From the IMG/VR virus record IMGVR_UViG_3300030376_000423, positions 1-30,148 of that record: a DNA stretch of 30,148 nucleotides, one strand, 5' to 3'. The notes beneath the pieces are model-generated. The model was not told the DNA's origin, did not search any database, and worked only from the letters and a program-made list of their open reading frames with translations. The position numbers and the translations under genes were made by a program. The DNA comes from a virus (lineage: Duplodnaviria; Caudoviricetes). Below are positions 26,530 through 30,148 of this stretch, one piece after another (position 1 is the first letter of the stretch; each line of letters begins with the position of its first letter).

Positions 26530-28110
26530 TTAGCTCCATCGTCCTCTATCCTCTGAGAGTTTAAAGGTTGCTTCGTTGAAGATGAGCTTTCCTGCGAACC
26601 CTGTCTTTCCTGCAGGTCTGTTCTTGACGAGTAAGAGCTTTGTCGTGTTCCTTTCATCACGATCCTCTGCCATCTTATCACGTTCTAGTTTAACTACAAC
26701 AGATGCACGTTTCGCAATGGTTCTGCAATCTCGTACCTGTCCATCATCATTCTCATGGGCGATGGTTACGATACCCACATTAAGTTCTGAGGCTAGTCGA
26801 GATAGCTGCACTGATAAACCAGACAACCATTTCTCTACTGTCTCATCACCTTTACGTGAGTAAGCTAAGTCTTGTATCGGTTCAAAGAATACATAGCTTA
26901 CGCCACAAGCTTCCCTAAAGTATCTTATCTTTTCTAAGATGTCCATAGGGTCTTCGTCAACAGCAATCTGAAACTGGTATAGTCTCTCATCTTTGGTTAG
27001 ATCGATGATCGATTGCTTGACCTCTTCTTCCATGTCGTGTTCTTGTATTAAATCTTTACGTGTCAAGTTCATGTTTAGATCATAAGAAACTAAACCTAAC
27101 ACACTTCTTTTTTCTGTCTCTTCGAGGTGACATATCGCAATGGATATATCCTTGTGCTCAGTCAGTACGTGATGTTCCAAGTACCGCATGAACTCAGTCT
27201 TACCTATACCTTCTGGTGCTTGAAACACAGTGAAGTGTCCTTGCATTAGACCCAAGGCTACATCATCAAAGGACTCAATTCCTGTTGATACAAAGATAGC
27301 ATCGTCTTGTTTCTCGAACAACTCAAGGAACTGTTCAGGAGTACTGCGAATGTTATCTGGTGTGTACCTCTTCGCATTGTAGAATGCTGCAGCGTAACTT
27401 GGTTTAGCATTACCCTCAAGAAACTCGTTAGCGTCTTTGTACTTGTCGTGTATAATCTGATAAGTCTTCTTCGGGAAGAGTGCTCCTATCTTGGTAGCCA
27501 ATGACCTACCTGCCTCATCGTTATCTACTGACAACACAATCCTGTCGAAGCTATCAATCCACTCCTTTGATTTACCTTGCCATAGTTTCTGATTAGGTGT
27601 CGCACTTGGCACAGACACACAAGGATACTTCTTGTCGAGCATTTGGAAAGCAGACATAGCATCTAGCTCACCTTCACATACAACTACAGACCTTGATGAA
27701 CCTGCATTGAACTTGTCCATACCGAATAGTTCATCAGTCTTGAACCCTTTGTCTGTCTTGAAACTCTTCTCCTTTGTGTTACGTACTTTCCTAAATCCTG
27801 ATGGATACTTGTAAACTTGATTGAAACCAAATGTCTGCACCCCGAAGAACTCCATTACATCTTTACGTACACCACGATACGTAACGTAATCACCAAGCCC
27901 TTCAATCTCTGTAGTCTTTAGTGTTCTTGTTATCTCTTCCAATGGATACTCATCCTTTGCCCATGACTTCAAGTTCATTCCTTTCATTGGGTATGTTCTC
28001 TCACAACTATGACAGAAACCTGTCTTCTTCTCAGAATTAAAAGCAAAGGCATCTGAACTATCACACTCCATATGAGGGCAGGGTTTATGTGTTATCTCTT
28101 TAGCTATCAT
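26530..28110 (-). CDS. Primase-helicase (T7 gp4-like)
   Basis: Zn finger (CPHMEC...CHSC), TOPRIM (EGELD, DNDEAG), Walker A (APEGIGKT), KNRPAG. Confidence 0.92.
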   Translation of the reverse strand: MIAKEITHKPCPHMECDSSDAFAFNSEKKTGFCHSCERTYPMKGMNLKSWAKDEYPLEEITRTLKTTEIEGLGDYVTYRGVRKDVMEFFGVQTFGFNQVYKYPSGFRKVRNTKEKSFKTDKGFKTDELFGMDKFNAGSSRSVVVCEGELDAMSAFQMLDKKYPCVSVPSATPNQKLWQGKSKEWIDSFDRIVLSVDNDEAGRSLATKIGALFPKKTYQIIHDKYKDANEFLEGNAKPSYAAAFYNAKRYTPDNIRSTPEQFLELFEKQDDAIFVSTGIESFDDVALGLMQGHFTVFQAPEGIGKTEFMRYLEHHVLTEHKDISIAICHLEETEKRSVLGLVSYDLNMNLTRKDLIQEHDMEEEVKQSIIDLTKDERLYQFQIAVDEDPMDILEKIRYFREACGVSYVFFEPIQDLAYSRKGDETVEKWLSGLSVQLSRLASELNVGIVTIAHENDDGQVRDCRTIAKRASVVVKLERDKMAEDRDERNTTKLLLVKNRPAGKTGFAGKLIFNEATFKLSEDRGRWS

Positions 28111-28769
28111 CTACTATTCTCCATCAAAGCTTTCCAGGATTTAGGATACAGCGTACTCATGTCCATACTAATTGAGTTAGCAACTAGACGTGTCTCCTCT
28201 TGTGCGTCCTCTCCTTGTCGTAGCTTACACATATCGAACCATGCGTCAAGACTGCCAGACCAGTACCATTCTGTCATGGTGCTTTGAGGTAGTACCATAC
28301 GTGCTTGCTCTGGTGCTACACCCTCTTCAAGTAATTGTTTGTACGCTTTGTTACACCACATAGTATGCTTCGCTAATGTGCTAATCATATTGTTTGATAT
28401 TTCTACAACACCTCGACTACCTTGCTTCTTATCATCTGCACGTCCTCTCCATCGTGATACACTTACAGATGGATCAAAGAACTCAGGCTCATCATCTACA
28501 TACCTACGGCTAACCTCATTCCATCGTAAGAACTTGTGCTTGACTAACTGCCTAGCTACAAACACAGGTGCTTTGACATGGAAGGTAGCAAAGCAATGTC
28601 CAAACGGTGACATGTGTTTGTGTCTTGCGAGGTACGATATAAGAATACCGTCACTCACCGTAAGTGTATTGTCTTCATCCCAATCACTCTTCTTGTTGAA
28701 GCTTACACGAGCAGAGTTTACTACAGTCAAGTCACTGCCCATACTATCTATTAAAGTTACATCAATCAT
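28107..28769 (-). CDS. thyX: Flavin-dependent thymidylate synthase
   Basis: VVNSARVS, HMSPF, ARQLVKH, NEVSRRY, PEQARMVLPQ. Confidence 0.93.
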   Translation of the reverse strand: MIDVTLIDSMGSDLTVVNSARVSFNKKSDWDEDNTLTVSDGILISYLARHKHMSPFGHCFATFHVKAPVFVARQLVKHKFLRWNEVSRRYVDDEPEFFDPSVSVSRWRGRADDKKQGSRGVVEISNNMISTLAKHTMWCNKAYKQLLEEGVAPEQARMVLPQSTMTEWYWSGSLDAWFDMCKLRQGEDAQEETRLVANSISMDMSTLYPKSWKALMENSR

Positions 28770-28884
28770 TTTTATTACCCTTGAGCCTGTGTTTGAAAAA
28801 CAGAATCGTATTTATACCAGTGTTGATAGTAACCATGATTAGTATCCACCATTGCCACCATAACAGTCCACCAACTTCTAACAT
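28762..28884 (-). CDS. 40-aa Trp-rich membrane peptide (MLEVGGLLWWQWWILIMVTINTGINTILFFKHRLKGNKND); not in ORF track
   Basis: GGAG RBS just downstream of a promoter; stop overlaps the thyX start. Confidence 0.65.
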   Translation of the reverse strand: MLEVGGLLWWQWWILIMVTINTGINTILFFKHRLKGNKND

Positions 28885-28893
28885 TTCTAATCT

Positions 28894-28932
28894 CCATACT
28901 TATATGTTACTACGAAAAACAAACAAAGTAAA
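28894..28932 (-). promoter_or_regulatory. Sigma70-type promoter upstream of the thyX/primase/polymerase genes
   Basis: TTTACT, 17-bp spacer, TAACAT; shares 19 identical bp with the promoter at 24569. Confidence 0.68.
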
Positions 28933-28934
28933 TA

Positions 28935-29141
28935 CTATTCTTTATGTTTTTCTTTTAAATTAAATAGTGATGCTAACTCACCCTGCACATCGTCTATCTT
29001 GAACGCTCTATACAGATCATCTAAACCGTATTGATTGTAGACTGTTACATTTATCTCATCCTTACACAAGGTGCAGTAGTATCTATCCATCCTCACATCT
29101 TTGAACGTTGCGTCTGATCTATTACAACAATAACATCTCAT
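28935..29141 (-). CDS. Small zinc-finger-like protein (CYCC...CTLC)
   Basis: AAGGAG RBS; two CxxC pairs. Confidence 0.72.
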   Translation of the reverse strand: MRCYCCNRSDATFKDVRMDRYYCTLCKDEINVTVYNQYGLDDLYRAFKIDDVQGELASLFNLKEKHKE

Positions 29142-29150
29142 GTCTCTCTC

Positions 29151-29209
29151 CTTTAAGTATATTTGTTTATAGTATTATTATACTTAAAACAATAATACTT
29201 TAAGTATAA
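29151..29209. repeat. AT-rich cluster of direct and inverted TTTAAGTATA repeats
   Basis: CTTTAAGTATA at 29151 and 29198; inverted copy TATACTTAAA at 29179; also an AGTATTATT/AATAATACT pair. Confidence 0.75.
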
Positions 29210-29212
29210 GAT

Positions 29213-29241
29213 AGGGTATCACAACTAAACTGATTTGTCAA
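29213..29241 (-). promoter_or_regulatory. Probable sigma70-type promoter
   Basis: TTGACA (29241-29236), 17-bp spacer, TACCCT (29218-29213); keeps the conserved T-A...T positions. Confidence 0.55.
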
Positions 29242-29456
29242 GCTACCTCCTTTAAATTAAATATGAAAGCTTTCTTTATGTTCTCAAACTCCTCGTTTTT
29301 TATGTGTAGGTTGAATATCTCCAAGTGATTTCTAGCTTCTCTTATGTTTAGTTTCTTAGTTAATACCTCAAGTGTACCGTCCTCCTTCTCTGCTACGATC
29401 ACATAAGAGTTAGGTAAATCCTGGGTATCCATTCCGAATGTTGTTCTCATGTTCAT
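29238..29456 (-). CDS. Hypothetical protein (72 aa, MNMRTTFG...)
   Basis: Start reassigned to ATG 29456 (TAATG coupling, AAGGT upstream). Confidence 0.62.
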   Translation of the reverse strand: MNMRTTFGMDTQDLPNSYVIVAEKEDGTLEVLTKKLNIREARNHLEIFNLHIKNEEFENIKKAFIFNLKEVA

Positions 29457-29596
29457 TATATTACCTTCAATGCGTATGCTATGCATATTGTTACAAATAC
29501 AATTACCAATAATCTTCCAGTCCAGATTGTTTGGTGTGGCGGCATCGGTATCGTCAAGAAAATAATCAATGCCGCTATCCAAATTAATATTTCCAC
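29456..29596 (-). CDS. 46-aa two-TM membrane protein (MEILIWIAALIIFLTIPMPPHQTIWTGRLLVIVFVTICIAYALKVI), GTG start; not in ORF track
   Basis: AGGAG 7 nt before GTG; 1-nt overlaps with both flanking genes. Confidence 0.68.
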   Translation of the reverse strand: MEILIWIAALIIFLTIPMPPHQTIWTGRLLVIVFVTICIAYALKVI

Positions 29597-29790
29597 TACA
29601 TATCTCCTATATTAGTTGGTGCGTAGACTTCACCGTTGTATTGACTACCTGTCTTTGTGTCTGTTCCAAAGTCACATGATGCTAGTATAACTAGTATAGC
29701 CATGATCCAGTAGAATGAAACCTTAGACCACTTGATGAAACCCTCGAATGTTTTCTTTGCTTCTATCTCTGCCGATTGACTTGGTGTCAT
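29596..29790 (-). CDS. 64-aa membrane protein resembling aa3-type cytochrome c oxidase subunit IV
   Basis: KTFEGFIKW followed by a TM helix; GGAG RBS; TAATG coupling. The ORF is likely real; the product call is tentative. Confidence 0.5.
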   Translation of the reverse strand: MTPSQSAEIEAKKTFEGFIKWSKVSFYWIMAILVILASCDFGTDTKTGSQYNGEVYAPTNIGDM

Positions 29791-30148
29791 TACATCAACT
29801 CCTCTCTCTTACATTCTCTGTAGTATTCGTACTCACCATCTAATTCAAACTCCCACCTCAAGTCTGAGGGTATATCTGCAAACCACCAATCATCATCGTA
29901 GTCTACATCGTACCTAGTGTCCTTGCCATTATCGAATACACCGACAAAGATATACGAGTCATTGTAGTACGAGGCTGACAGTCCTACACCTAACCTTTCC
30001 ATTGCCGCCTCATATGCAGTGATAGGTGGGCCGTCTTTAGTATCGAATGAGATATGCACCCACCAATCTCCTTCCTCTAATTCGGGTGGACTACACTCAA
30101 TGCTGTAAGCTTCCCGACTTGTACCCCACATTTCTACTGCTTTTTCGT
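29790..30148 (-). CDS. Hypothetical protein, 5'-truncated; possibly DUF1281/YubB ferredoxin-like domain
   Basis: Frame is open to the window edge. WGT...FDTKDGPP...Y...FVG.FDNG resembles the WGTKW/FxTAWSPP pattern (from recall). Confidence 0.5.
   Translation of the reverse strand, partial: EKAVEMWGTSREAYSIECSPPELEEGDWWVHISFDTKDGPPITAYEAAMERLGVGLSASYYNDSYIFVGVFDNGKDTRYDVDYDDDWWFADIPSDLRWEFELDGEYEYYRECKREELM

Noticed and set aside
26445-26681. 78-aa ORF overlapping the helicase end (possible frameshifted acidic tail)
   Set aside because: No RBS or clear slippery sequence; it overlaps two confident genes.
321-28963. Numerous antisense and nested ORFs in the track
   Set aside because: They are shadows of strongly supported genes on the other strand or frame and show no motifs.
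29537-29577. Inverted repeat GCGGCAT...ATGCCGC
   Set aside because: It lies inside the 46-aa CDS, has a large loop and no U-tract; no function supported.
29238-29582. 114-aa ORF with TTG start from the track
   Set aside because: The N-terminal part is better explained by the 46-aa GTG-start gene in another frame; the likely start is 29456.
1-30148. Frequent CTGCAG (PstI) sites as a functional repeat
   Set aside because: Explained by Ala codon runs and the forced GCA-GG / CCT-GC usage.
1-30148. tRNA, CRISPR array, integrase, intron/intein, alternative genetic code
   Set aside because: Intergenic gaps are too short, core enzymes are of normal length and uninterrupted, and all three stop codons end genes normally.

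Overview
Central ~30 kb of a lytic marine podovirus genome, most consistent with the SIO1/Cobavirus-like group (Zobellviridae) that infects Rhodobacteraceae; the family assignment is inferred from gene content and order. Two convergent arms meet at a bidirectional rho-independent terminator (~19016-19047). The + arm (1-19012) encodes portal (5'-truncated), scaffold, major capsid, two small structural proteins, tail tubular A/B, a GNAT, three internal virion proteins (the last with a lytic transglycosylase), an M15 endolysin, a holin-like protein, a u-spanin-like lipoprotein and many small membrane or very basic proteins. The - arm (19050-30148) encodes ThyX, primase-helicase, family A DNA polymerase, SSB, Cas4-like exonuclease, endonuclease I, metallophosphoesterase, MazG, class II (B12-dependent) ribonucleotide reductase and a DUF3310 protein. 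Seven small ORFs absent from the supplied track were found by hand. The most notable signals are: (i) apparent complete, strand-symmetric absence of GCTGG/CCAGC, RGATCY and CCGG (manual scan); (ii) paired E->Q and Y->L substitutions at the polymerase steric-gate positions; (iii) a protein resembling cytochrome c oxidase subunit IV; (iv) a cluster of highly basic miniproteins, including a split DUF5872-like gene; (v) an exact 19-bp repeat shared by two promoters. No tRNA, CRISPR array, integrase or mobile element was seen.
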